Source: Nitrospirales bacterium (GTDB taxonomy: Bacteria > Nitrospirota > Nitrospiria > Nitrospirales > UBA8639). From it: a stretch of DNA of 64,000 nt. Where the stretch lies: positions 352,001-416,000 of the forward strand of contig CBDBCZ010000014.1 in the NCBI GenBank assembly GCA_965203295.1, written 5' to 3'. Shown here one piece after another: positions 23,936-36,067 of this stretch. Below the pieces are notes generated by a model, which was given only the letters and a program-made list of their open reading frames with translations, ran no database searches and was not told where the DNA came from. The position numbers and the translations under genes were made by a program. Positions within the stretch are counted from its first letter, which is position 1; each line of letters starts with the position of its first letter.

Positions 23936-24419
23936 GATTATTGGAAATAGTTTTTGCGCGTGCCCTGACCCTTGCAGCTTGGCTGCTGCGCTATAGCGCT
24001 AGCTAGCCTAGCCACGATCCATCTGCTACTGTAGTCTGCTTGGAGTTGCAGTATCAGTGTAGTTGCTAGATATTAATGTCTTTGTTGCGGTCTTCGTTCA
24101 GCAGACTGTCTTGGTATGTTGCTTGCCTCGTACCCAGTCTGGTTTGTCCATTAGCGCATTTTAATTTCTCTTGGCTGGTCGTGTATATACTTAATACTGA
24201 GCCAAAGTGTTAATGATGAGCGTACAGAGTGCTAAAAAAATGGAACCGTTCTCATGAGAACTCGCGAGAGCTCACCGATTACCGTTTGGGTTCGCACCCT
24301 CCGTTTTCGCGAGAACAGCGTAGAGAGAATTAACGAATTACCGCGAGATCTCGTGCGCTTACGCGTAGCTGGCGAGTTTTTGAGAGTTACCGCGAACCTT
24401 TACACCCGGGAGGCTATTT

Positions 24420-27028
24420 GAAGGCCCTATTGGAAAAGAGGGATAACCAGCATTCTAGTCGATTTTGACGTTTTGACCCCATTTGTAAGCTGTATCTGTC
24501 TAGAGCAGCCACGCGAAATTTTTCACCGCGATCTTTTGTTTTTAGAGCAAAATACGTAATTCAATGTTTGGTGCACGTGAGCTACGTGTTACGTCACCGA
24601 GAGAGAAATGGCTAGCACAACCCCTGGAGCTGAGGAATCTAGGCGCGGACGAAAGCGATTACGATATCAAGAGGAGTGGAAAAGGAAGAAAAGAAAGCTC
24701 CAAAAGGACAAAGGGGAGACTTACACAACTTACAAAGGCGAACGAAGAGCTGCGAAACAGCTGGTGAGTCTTACCTGTCACTGTGCGTATCATTGCCGCG
24801 AGAGAGTGACCGAGGTCGAGCGCGAGAGAATTTTCAAGGCCTTTTATCAGCTTGGAAGCAATGACGCTCAAAACAAGTATCTCTATGGCTTGATTCGAAA
24901 GAAGATTGTCAAGCGACGAACACGAGGCGCTGCAAGACCTCGAAGCCACATCCTTAGCTACCACGTGCGTTTGCGTGATGGTAGTCACGTGCAGGTTTGC
25001 AAACACGCTTTTTGTGATCTGCACGCAATTGGCAAACGGAGGGTTGAAAACCTAGTAGCCAAGCTTACAGCTGGTGTTCTTGTAGCAACTGATCAGCGGG
25101 GTAAGCACAAAAATCGACCCCATGCTACTTCTGAGGCAACCAAACAGAAAATCAGAGAGCATATCAAGACATTCCCTCGTAGAAAGAGCCATTACTCTCG
25201 CTCTGACAACAGGAAAAGGGAATACTTGGATGAAAACCTTAGCATTTCTCGAATGTATTTATTATACCTAGAGAAACACGAGACTCAGGTGAAAGAGACC
25301 GGAGCTAAACCTGAGGTAAAGGAATGGCTCTACAGAAAAATATTTAACGAGGAATTCAATCTGAGCTTTGGCTACCCGCGAAGCAATACATGTGAGACTT
25401 GTGATTTGCTACATGTAACAATACAGGCTTCTAAGTCTGAGGCAGAGAGAGTAGAGCTGCAACTTGAACTTGTTGCTCACCAGGAGAAAGCAAGCCAGGG
25501 GTATCGCCTTTTGCGTTCAGATACAGAAGCTACAAAGAGCGCAGGAGACCACACTCTACTCACATTCGATCTCATGCAAAACCTACCAGTACCTACCCTC
25601 ACACATGGTTCAATGTTCTATTCACGGCAGCTATCGGTCTACAACTTCGGTATCCACAATACAACAACTGGTACTGCCAGCATGTACATGTGGAACGAGG
25701 CCATTGCTAGCAGGGGTGCTGATGAGATTTGTTCTTGCCTCACGCACCATTTGACGGTCCTTTCGCCACAAACGAAAAAGCTTACCTGCTATTCTGATAG
25801 CTGTTTTGGACAGAACAAGAATTTCCAAATGTTTTGTTTCTGGAATCAGCAGGTGCTTGAGCTCTTTGAGCAAGTAGACCACAAATTTCTTGTCAGGGGT
25901 CATACTTACCTGCCTAATGACCGGGATTTTGCGCATATTGAAAAACGCAAGGAGAGTGCTCGAGTCTATGTTCCGAAAGACTGGGAGTTGGTGGTACGTG
26001 AGGCACGCCCTTTGTCTTTATTCACTGTTGTTCCCATGGAGTCGTCCAAGTTCTTGGATTTTGCAGAGCTGTCCAAGCAGTACACACACAGGAAAAAAGA
26101 TGCCGATAAGAAGCCTGTACTTATCAGCAAGGCTGTATGGATGAACTTTGGACAAGGTGAAGATATCTCTGGTGAACTAAAGAAGCATCCAAACGAAGTA
26201 TGGCTTAGGTATTCGTATAACACGGATGAGCCATGGAGTAAAGTGAGTCTTCTTAAGGGTCGCAAAAAGTTACCGCCTTCGCGTGTAGTACCCCTGCCAG
26301 AGAAGTACCCCAATGGGCATGCTGTCAAGTCCAAGAAACTAGAGGACTTTGAACGAATGATACCGTTTCTCCCGCCTGAAAGCCGGCAGTTTTACAATGA
26401 CTTGCTTACTAGCGTACCTCATGATACTTCAAATGACTCTGATGATGACTAAGCTAGTTATATGCGTATACACTGTAGCAAGCTTGTTACATTTTTTTTG
26501 CTTCATTTCTTGTTGACTAACTGCTTGTTAAGGGTTCTGTTTATAGGCTAACATGCTCCGTTTGTATCATTCATTATTATTCATAGTTGTACCTTGTGTG
26601 CAGTTTTTCCCCTCTGATGTTTTTTGATACTCTTTGCTCTTGTTCTTTGACTGGGGAGTTTTGAAACTTCGTCTGGTGCATGGTCAATGGCATTAACACT
26701 AAGGCAGCAACAGATTACCTTACACTGGTGGTCTTTTACAACTTACTTGGGTTCTTCTGTGCTGTTTTCGCTTGGAACGCATGCTGTTCCACTTATCCCC
26801 CTTTTCCAGTGAACGTACAGTCTGTGAGCACATTGAGATTGCGCTAACTTCTGTAATGGTTTGACAGCTCAGATATTGTGCATAATGTTACACTAACCTG
26901 TGTGCCACTGTGGCAAAGTCTCATAAGTATAGGATTCAGGATAGTGTCAGTACAGAATCAGAACTTTAAACTCAATTTTCTCAAAAGTAACAGAATGTCA
27001 TTTATACCCTTTTTCCACTGACCCCTTC
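24420..27028. mobile_element. Sola1 DNA transposon, 2609 bp
   Basis: 4-bp TSD ATTT (24416-19 / 27029-32); imperfect TIRs GAAGGCCCTATTGGAAAAGAGGGATAA vs GAAGGGGTCAGTGGAAAAAGGGTATAA; single long ORF. Confidence 0.88.
24608..26452 (+). CDS. Sola1-type DDD transposase, 614 aa
   Basis: LTFDLMQNLPVP..FYSRQL.VYNFGIH, WNE..RGADEICSC, YSDSCFGQNKN and KFLVRGHTYLPNDRDF motifs; uninterrupted ORF. Confidence 0.88.
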   Translation: MASTTPGAEESRRGRKRLRYQEEWKRKKRKLQKDKGETYTTYKGERRAAKQLVSLTCHCAYHCRERVTEVERERIFKAFYQLGSNDAQNKYLYGLIRKKIVKRRTRGAARPRSHILSYHVRLRDGSHVQVCKHAFCDLHAIGKRRVENLVAKLTAGVLVATDQRGKHKNRPHATSEATKQKIREHIKTFPRRKSHYSRSDNRKREYLDENLSISRMYLLYLEKHETQVKETGAKPEVKEWLYRKIFNEEFNLSFGYPRSNTCETCDLLHVTIQASKSEAERVELQLELVAHQEKASQGYRLLRSDTEATKSAGDHTLLTFDLMQNLPVPTLTHGSMFYSRQLSVYNFGIHNTTTGTASMYMWNEAIASRGADEICSCLTHHLTVLSPQTKKLTCYSDSCFGQNKNFQMFCFWNQQVLELFEQVDHKFLVRGHTYLPNDRDFAHIEKRKESARVYVPKDWELVVREARPLSLFTVVPMESSKFLDFAELSKQYTHRKKDADKKPVLISKAVWMNFGQGEDISGELKKHPNEVWLRYSYNTDEPWSKVSLLKGRKKLPPSRVVPLPEKYPNGHAVKSKKLEDFERMIPFLPPESRQFYNDLLTSVPHDTSNDSDDD

Positions 27029-27177
27029 ATTTATACAGTGAGTTTTAGCATTTTTGGTTCTATTTGGATTTATTAGATCCTGCAAGTATATTTTGTTGTA
27101 TTTGAAAAAGCACTTTACCAACTCCCCTACGGCCCGCTTCATCGTACTCCACTCCTTTACAGAACATGCATACACAC

Positions 27178-29432
27178 TAGTGATGAGCGATAGTATCGAT
27201 ACCAGCGATAATATCGATATTTTGCGGTTATCGCTAGTACATCGATGATGCACATCGCATATTGCTAACATCGGAATTACGTCATCATTGTTATAGCTAC
27301 CTTGTGGCACGTGCATGCAGTCATCAGCGGGTCTGTCTACTCTTGTTTGGGGCGCTAGCGATCAGCGAGATGTCTGAACACCTGAGAAAACATGATCTAG
27401 TTCCTCTCAAAAACGCTACAAGTGAGGTATGGCGCTATTTCGGGTTCAAGCACAAGGATGGCACGATCGTGGACAGTCGAGAGGTGAGCGCTAGCACGTG
27501 TCTATGTAGCTATCACGATGAAGTCTCGTAGTCAGACTTCGGCTTGCCAGCCATTGTGTGATGGTGGCGAGCCTAGGTCCTGTCACGAGGCTAGCACAGT
27601 ACTTGTTTAGTTTGTCTGAAGTCATAACTCGGGATACTTCAGTGGTTGATTGTCTATTGCTTTCTTTGCACACAACACAGGTGCTTTGTGCTTTGTGCTT
27701 TGTGTAGCCCCTTGGCAAAACTTCGATACAGTGGTAATACCACCAACCTATTTTCTCACCTAAAAAACAAACACCTCCCTATTTATAACAACCTCAAGCG
27801 CAGCATGAAAGCAGCCAGCACTTCCCCGCCACAAGGGCCAGGAAGCAGCCAGCAAGGGCCAGCATTGATCGCTGTGTACAAATGCATCAGAAGCTGTCTT
27901 CTGATAGCCAGCAGGCCCGAGGGATCACAAAAAGTGTAGGGTATTTCATTGCCAAAGATATGATGCCACTAAATGTGGTCTATGGCAAAGGGTTTTGTCA
28001 CATGTTAGAGAAGCTAAATCCGAGATACCAAGTTCCCAGTCGAAAAACAATGACAGAGAAGGTCCTTCCAGCCATGTATGCTGAGGTAAAAGAAACAAAG
28101 GTCCTGCCAGCAATTCAGGCAGCAGAATATTGTGCCCTCACAACAGACTGCTGGACGAGCAGAAGCAACGATAGCTACATTGGACTAACAGTACACTTTC
28201 TCACCTCCGATTGGCATCATCAGCATTTTACCTTGGAGAATCGAGAGCTCCCTGGTAGTCACACAGCCGAGCACTTGGCAGAAACACTCAGGGAAATTCT
28301 AAGCAACTGGAAGATCGCAGAGTCAAAAGTCAGTTGCACCACTATTGACAATGCAGCCAACATTCACAAGACTCTTGCGGATGTGCCGGAGTGGCCATAC
28401 CTACACTGTTTTGCACATACCCTGAACTTGTGCGTGCAAGCAGGTCTCGATGTTCCCAGGATTCGACACGCTATCAGTATGTGCTCTCGTCTAGTAGCCC
28501 ACTTCCGAAGGTCCAGTAAGGCCACATATGCTCTTGAGGAGAAACAAAGAGCTCTAAGTGTTTCTGAGCATAATCTGATCCAAGATGTGGTGACACGATG
28601 GAACTCCACCTTTGACATGATTGAGCGAATTCTTGAGCAACAAACCCCCATCTGTGCTGCCCTTGTTGACCTCAAGAGAATGGACCTCCTTCCCAGAGAT
28701 GAGGAGTTTCTTCTGTGTGAGGCTCTTGTCCAAGTTTTGCAGCCATTCAAGCACATCACAGAGACAGTTTGTGGTGAGGCTTACACCACCGTATCATCCA
28801 TTAAGCTCCTGCTTCACCACTTGCTGAATGTTGCCCTGGTGCCTAAGGCCAGTGATGCAGCTCCCGTCAAGAAAATGAAGGAAACGATGGAAACCAACCT
28901 TAGGAGCCGCTACTCATTGCCTGAGACTGATGAATTCTTGAGAATTGCATGCTTCCTCGATCCCAGGTTCAGATCTTTGCCATTCCTGAGCATCAGCGAA
29001 AGGCATGATGTACAAAAGTCTATAAGGATTCAAGTAGCTGACCTTATTGCAGATGGCCAACAGCAGAAGCCTGAAGAAGCAACCACAAAGGCTGCAGAAC
29101 CCCCAGCGAAGAAGAAGAAGTCTGACAGTGGACAGGCTGTGAAATCAATCTTAGCTGGAATATTTCAGTCTAGCGCTACACGGAGCGACAAGTGTGCAGA
29201 AGATCAGGCTGAGGATGAGATACTGCAGTACATCAAAGAGAAGCCTCTCGAGTTGAAGGGAAATCCGACTGCGTGGTGGAAGGAGAACTCCTCTAGATTC
29301 CCTAACCTTGCTAAATTAGCTAAAAAATACTTATGTATACCAGCTACTAGCGTCCCAGCTGAGAGACTTTTTAGTACAGCTGGCAACATTGTTACAGCAC
29401 GGAGGGCATCTCTGAACCAGTTATATATATAG
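27178..29432 (+). mobile_element. hAT (Ac/ZBED-type) transposon, frameshifted and 3'-truncated
   Basis: Left end TAGTGATGAGCGAT; BED finger (SEVWRYFGF|..CALC..GNTTNLFSHL) split by intron ~27484-27680; ORF 27882-29432 with TTDCWTS, TIDNAAN, CFAHTLNL, TRWNST and IPATSVPAERLFS; C-terminus and right TIR missing. Confidence 0.9.
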
Positions 29433-29557
29433 TTACACAGATGAGAATCCTGGTGAAAAGTCTGCAAAATAATACCACATAATAACTTAATGTTTAGATA
29501 AGCGAACAGCCAGCTACATATACACGTACAGCACCTCAATGAAGAATGATTACATAC

Positions 29558-32174
29558 TTAACTGCTAATTACATTACATGATGGTACCTTCTCTCTCTTG
29601 TGACTTTGAGAAGTTTCGCTCTCTTTCGCTCGCTTCTTCCTCCCGGCTGGTGCTTCGCTCTCCTTCGCTCGCTTCTTCCTCCCGGCTGGTGCTTCGCTCT
29701 CCTCCGCTCGCTTCTTTCTCCCGGCTGGTGCTTCGCTCTCCTTCGCTCGCTTCTTCCTCCCGGCTAGTGCTTCGCTCTCCTCCGCTCGCTTCTTTCTCCC
29801 GGCTGGTGCTTCGCTCTCCTTCGCTCGCTTCTTCCTCCCGGCTGGTACTTCGCTCTCCTCCGCTCGCTTCTTCCTCCCGGCTGGTGCTTCGCTCTCCTCC
29901 GCTCGCTTCTTTCTCCCGGCTGGTGCTTCACTCTCCTTCACTCGCTTCTTCCTCCCGGCTGGTGCTTCGCTCTCCTTCACTCGCTTCTTCCTCCCGGCTG
30001 GTGCTTCGTTCTCCTATCATTGGTAAACAGCCAATGAAGATCCCTAGTCATGGGTACATTACATGTGAAATGTGCATTACAAAATAATACCTTATTTTGT
30101 GCCAACTTCAGCTTTTTCCGTCTGGGGGTGTTTATCCACTGTGAGTGCTTGTCAGGTGGTCCATCCATGAACCCTGCATCACGAGCTCTCTTGCGACTCC
30201 GAGATGCATTGCTCTTCTCTGCTCACTTCTTCCTCCCTGCCGGTGTCTTGTCATGATATGTTGTGCTGATTCCCTTGGAGCTGGCAAGGTACTGAAGGGC
30301 TGCCAATTTGTCCCCTTTATACACTGTCATGAGAGCCACTTGGAGGGACTCTATCGTTTTCCCTTTTGCAAACCGATGGTATGCTTCAACGGCATTAGTA
30401 TCATGTGGGATACTTTCAAAAACAGCTGGATCCATGACATATGTCGCTGACGTCAGCATTTCTATAGTAGAAGAAAAGACACTTTCAACACAATCACGAA
30501 ATTGTTAGTTCTAGGACTAAGGCTACACAAACCAGCAAATACATATAGGGAGTATAACACGTCTTGGTCTATGAGAAATACTAGTAGTACTCTTTGCAAC
30601 TTACTCAAGTGAGCTGGCCGTTTCCACCAGGCTACCCAGCTTTTGCAGGAACACCACTCTTCTGGGTTATGACTCGGAATGTAATCCTCCAAGAGTGATG
30701 AATTTGGACTAAATTGACGAGCAGCAGTAAGTGGCATCTCCCCCTCCATAAGGCTGAAAAGGGTGTCAATGTCTTCATTACTCTCGGCATCCAAAATTCC
30801 ATACCCCAGCATGGTAAATACTCGCCGCCCAAGTTGAGACTTGTTCACTTTCTGTGTGATTCTCTTCACAGATCTCATGAAATGAACCTGCATGTGTGGT
30901 GTGCATTCGTGTCGTAAACATTACAAGGCAACCATATACAAATCGTGTACGATTGCAAAGAAAACCCAAGAGGCAGCACTTCACACTACATACCTGGCAG
31001 CCTTTTGCAATCTTCTCTGTGGCTTCACTTCCAATTGCACCCTCTAGGCCTGCCAGTTGTGCATCAGACCAGTCCATCAGAATCCCGCAAAGAGACTCCC
31101 CAATTCTGAAAGAGGAGTGCAAATCGCTAACTGCTGAAAAAATGGCTGTAAAGCAGGCTTGGTATGCTGCAGTGTCAAGGGAATCCATGAATACACGAGC
31201 CACTACCATCCCTGCATTGAAAGATGTCAGGTATGAAACAGGTAATACTCTATGGTAAACACACGGGAGTGTATCAATGTGCAGCAGGTAACTTACACTG
31301 CAGTGTGGGCAAATGGAAGGTCACCACATTCATCAGGTAAGGGAACTCATGTGAGACCTGGTACGTGAGATCAACCTCCAGAAACCGTGCCTGGGATAAC
31401 ACTTGAGCCATCAATGGACTCATACACAATACCCAGGAGCTGTCTTGATTCAACGACCACTTGCGAATATATGGTCGTCCAAGCTCACTGTACTCGTCCA
31501 GATGACTGCCTATATATCAGAGAGCAGCCTATCTATCATAAGATTGAAGACTACCAAGTGATGAACTACTTAACGGTTGATTTACGAACCTGCATTCTCT
31601 CTAGCTGATGCCCACTCCTGCTGCTCATGCTTGTCAAGGATGCTTTCAAACTTCCAGATAGAGGCCTTCTGATCTCCAGGGTTGAGTCCATGCTCACGAA
31701 GTGCTTTCTACCGAAGATTCTTCAATCGGTCCATGTTTACACCAGCCAAACTTAGAGCCCCAGGCATAATATCCATGCCTTTACCTATACACAAGACAAT
31801 ATGCTTTAACTTAACACATTATCACAATGCAAAATTGTAGCACATACCCAATGCAAGGTCTCGCGTTTTCAGGTGTGGGTTACGAACTGCTGCCTTGGTG
31901 AACTCAGTCTTAACTCGGCTGGGAAGTGACATGGCAGCATGGAGGGAATGACTATGGAGACTATTCTTCTTGTTGGTTTTCTGATCTCGGGTGATACCAG
32001 TGAGCCACCGTCGCTTGTCATCTGGGTTAACTGGTTTTATGTACACAAACTCCACCGAACACGGGGCCACGCCATGTGAGTGGACTAACGGACTATCTGG
32101 GTGATGTGGACATGGGTGATGTTGTTGAAGTGATGTCACAAACTCACAGCCATCTTGATACGCTCCACACAACT
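29558..32174 (-). pseudogene. Multi-exon MULE-fold (DDE, CxxH) transposase, interrupted at its 5' side
   Basis: Exons give EVDLTY (D), GILMDWSDAQ (D), KGCQ|VHFMRSV (CxxH) and HDTNAVEAYHR (E), plus an upstream Cys/His-rich region; internal stops; cut at TA 32175-76 by a Tc1 element. Confidence 0.75.
29615..30010 (-). repeat. 39-bp coding tandem repeat (ESEAPAGRKKRAK/E, ~10 copies)
   Basis: Unit ctcgcttcttcctcccggctggtgcttcgctctcct(t/c)cg is visibly repeated. Confidence 0.95.
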
Positions 32175-32190
32175 TACAGTACTGGCCAAA

Positions 32191-32562
32191 AAAAAGGCAA
32201 CACGACCATCGCGAATGATGCGAAGTATACGACCGTGTGTGCGTACATAGCATGAAAAATATTCAGTTCGTCTATACTGTCACGAAATCGTGTGCATGAG
32301 GTCACGAACGTCGGGTTGACGTACGCGTACATGTTTGCGATCGCGAACAGCGAAATGCGCGAAGGTCGCATGCGTGAAAAAGGTAACACGACCATCGTGA
32401 ATGATGCGAAGTATACGACCGTGTGTGCGTACATAGCACGAAAAATATTCAGTTCGTCTATACTGTCACGAAATCGTGTGCATGAGGTCACGAACGTCGG
32501 GTTGACGTACGCGTACATGTTTGCGATCGCGAACAGCGAAATGCGCGAAGGTCGCATGCGTG
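32191..32562. repeat. 186-bp subterminal direct duplication, CpG-rich
   Basis: cacgaccatc at 32201 and 32387; near-identical units that begin within the TIR (AAAAAGG(C/T)AACACG). Confidence 0.92.
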
Positions 32563-32787
32563 CAAATTGATGTTGATCGAATATCGAATGCGAATTGCAC
32601 GAAAGTTATCGCGTGCATACGCGTGCGTTCGCCAATCTGCCACGAGGAGGACGATTAGGTCGAAGCTTCTTTGTATGTGGTGAAGTCTGGCCAGGGTGTT
32701 GATAGCTTTAATTGTCATGACAGTGTTTATAAGCAGCCATGGGATCAACTGGGTACCAACCAGTCACTCAGCCTCAAGATCAAGACC

Positions 32788-35436
32788 ATGGCCATGCAGC
32801 AAGTCCGGTGGAGCACCCCAGGTTCCCGTTTTGACGGTGTTGTCCACTTGGTTTCGTCGTCCTTGATCGATGACTTGGGCGGAGGGAGGGTGGCCGTGTG
32901 GTGGCCGAGTCGCAGGAAAGGGAGGCGGTGGGAAGGCGAGCTCGTCAATGCTGACCATGGTAAGCGCACAGTATACCTGCATGCATGCGCATATTTAAAT
33001 AAAACTACGCCAAAGTGCATGCTGGATCTCGCGCTATGCACTCGCGCCCTGTTTGGAGGATTGTAGCTGGCTGTTGTCTTTGCATTGGCCTGTACACTGT
33101 AGCGTATGCATGTCACACTCCTTTTTCAGGAAGACAACAAGACCATAGATATACTAAAGGCCTGCTGCGTAGACCACCATTTCATTGTGTTTCTCATCGC
33201 GTCTGCAGCTGATGCTGATGTGGGGGACATGCAGCCAACAGGCAAAGAACAGTTGGCCATGGACAGCCATCCATGTAAGTTTAAGCAAAAGTGCCTGGTT
33301 CCAGGCAGTGGTTGCAATGCATGCTTTAATAAGCTAATACTGCCAGTTATGTACATACAGTATCTCTAAGCTTTCCAAGAACTTTATATGCTTAAGATTG
33401 TCCTCTGTTGTTCCTTTGTTGTCCTGCATGTATGCGCATGTGGATGTTGCTTAATGCAATATTGCCATTCTACATGTACTTGTATATGTACCCAATCCAA
33501 CAGGTGAGCAGCAGACGCGGGGCAGAGGAAAGAACAAGAAGGAAAAAGCCAACAAGAAGGCCGAGAAGGGTGAGCTAGCCTAGCTATATTGTACATGTAC
33601 TGCTTGTTGCGAACTGTCCTTATTGAAATTCGTCCTTACATGTACTTGTCTGTTATCCAAACAGGTGGCCAGCAGACAATCAGCCAGCCTAGAGCTAAGG
33701 GAGTGAAGAAAGGTGAGCTGGCCTGGCCTAGCTATATTACTGAGTCTTTTGTCCATTGTTGTAGTGTAAATCCAATTAAGGCTGACCTAGATTGCAACTC
33801 ACATATACACAGGAAAGGCTAAGGCTACTGAGATGGACACCGGGACAGCTGCTGCTCACTGCTCTTCATCCACAGGTAAATGGTAGCGTATGCATGTCAC
33901 ACTCCTTTTTCAGGAAGACAACAAGACCATAGATATACTAAAGGCCTGCTGCGTAGACCACCATTTCATTGTGTTTCTCATCGCGTCTGCAGCTGATGCT
34001 GATGTGGGGGACATGCAGCCAACAGGCAAAGAACAGTTGGCCATGGTGCATAACTGACAGGCCATTAGCGCTCTTAGTCATGGTGCCTATTAATTTGAGG
34101 TTGTCCAAGTTAAGCAAAAACTGTCCTTATTAAAATTGGTCCTTTATTGGCCACATGTACATATAATATGTGGATGTTGCTATGGGCACTACTGCCATTA
34201 ACACCCCTACATGTTCTTGTCTGTTATCCAATCAACAGGTGGCCAGCAGACAATCAGCCAGCCTGGAGCTAAGGGAGTCCAGAAAGGTGAGCTGGCCTTG
34301 GCCTAGCTATATACAGAATGTTGTAAACTATAGCATTCTCTACATTTTGACCCCACATGGAACTTCCAGTAGATCCGAAACTTCCTCTTGGCTGGGCAGA
34401 GGGGGTGGAGAAGCGACTGACTCTCCTCGAGAAGGCCGTGGAAGGTCTGCAGCAGAAACCTCGTGCACCACCCCAGCTTGAAGATTCATGGTTCGCCGAC
34501 CCAGAAGTACAGTCGCTGCTCGACAGCATCAATGATGACGTCATATCGGTGGCCAGTAGTTCGTGTGGATTTACGGCAACCCCCCTTGCGACGCCAGCAT
34601 TAACATCACCGCCACAGCTGATGAGCCCGCCAGCAATACCCGGACCGTCGTACCAGCTCTCAACTCAATATTCCATTCCTGTTGATCCCAATCCCAATCG
34701 TGGTCTACCGCCTTCTGTTTCTGCTCCTTCTCACCACCATTCTGGCCCGTCTCCTGCTTATGATCACACCCATCCTGCCCTGTCTTCTGCTCCTTCTGAC
34801 GATCAAACCCACCCTGGCCCGTCTGCTCCTGCTTACGATCACCACCATCCTGGCACCCATCCTGGCCCGTCTGCTCCTGCTTACGACCACCACAATCCTG
34901 GCCCGTCTGCTCCTGCTTACGACCACCACAATCCTGGCCCGTCTGCTCCTGCTTACGACCACCACAATCCTGGCCCGTCTGCTCCTGCTTACGACCACCA
35001 CAATCCTGGCCCGTCTGCTCCTGCTTACGACCACCCCTATCCAAGCCTGTCTTCTGCTCCTTCTTCTTACACTCGCCCCAATCCTGCGTACAATCCTCCA
35101 CCTCTTCGCCATCCTCCGCCTTTAGCCTCGCCCACCAAAGCTCTGTCTCGCATTTCAGGGCGAGATGTCCAGTCACTAAGGGGCCTGGCTGTAGCGTTGG
35201 CAAGGGGGTGTGTCTTTGGCGACGACTGCCTGTTCAGATCATCTCCAAGTGGAAAGGGGCACCAGAAACTAGACGTGGACGCCATGAACTCTATAAAGGA
35301 CATGGTCCGCCGGCGAGCAAAAGGCATGACAGACAACGAGTTCACGGGAGTTTGGGAAAAGTGTGTTGTCTCCATCAGTAAAGCTTGCCAAAATCTACGC
35401 AATGGGCGCCTAACTATGTATGCCTACCGTCTTTAG
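32788..35436 (+). CDS. Multi-exon BEN-domain accessory protein (possibly disrupted just before the last exon)
   Basis: Exon 1 32788-32959 (VRWSTPGSRFDG...VWWP...WEGELV), several short phase-1 exons, terminal ORF 34357-35436 with coiled coil and GLAVALARGCVFG...LDVDAMNSIK...VWEKC..SISKACQNLR BEN pattern; in-frame TGA at 34348-50. Confidence 0.7.
34735..35060 (+). repeat. 36-bp coding tandem repeat (PGPSAPAYDHHN)
   Basis: cctggcccgtctgctcctgcttacgaccaccacaat repeated, with degenerate outer copies. Confidence 0.95.
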
Positions 35437-36067
35437 CTATTTTGGTCTGATCTGAAGTGTGGTCTTTTGTTGAGTTTATTGTAATTTTAATGGACGCTTG
35501 GCTTTACCTCTACTGCCTGTAAATGTGTGTTAAGTTTGTTGTGTTGTAGATTTTGTTGTGATTTGTGAGTTACATTGTTTTGAAGTATTTAAAGTGTGGT
35601 CTTTTTGTTGTTAACTATTTTAAGGACACTTAACTGTTGTGTTGTAAGTCTCATATATATTTTGAAGCAATGTGGTCTTATGGTATTATCTATTCTCGAG
35701 TTTAAGTACCTGAAGTGTGGTGGCTTTGTGGAGTTACTATATTCTAAAATACTTGAGGCTGTACAAAAAAAAACATAAATTTTCTAGATAGATGCATTGT
35801 TCAGTTTTGTTAGGCACGTGCATTTATGGACCTAAATTGAACATGGAGGTGGGTGCTTACAGTTGAGGCAGAGGGCCTGATACACACCAAAATTTTGGAC
35901 CATGGTCAAATTGCTACTTGTTACAGAAAGTATCAGTTTGTTGGACCAAAGATAATTAATGCAATCACAACTTCAAAATACAGCAATACATAATAATGAA
36001 TAAATACATGAACTCTTGTGTATTCCCAATATTCTTACAAAACAAATGCAAATGGCCTAACCAGTAA

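Noticed and set aside
32174..32570. ORFs with a 62-aa internal repeat
   Set aside because: Products of the 186-bp subterminal duplication, on both strands
34735..35060. 36-bp and 39-bp (29615-30010) repeats as CRISPR arrays
   Set aside because: They are head-to-tail coding tandem repeats with no unique spacers, in a eukaryotic context with no cas genes
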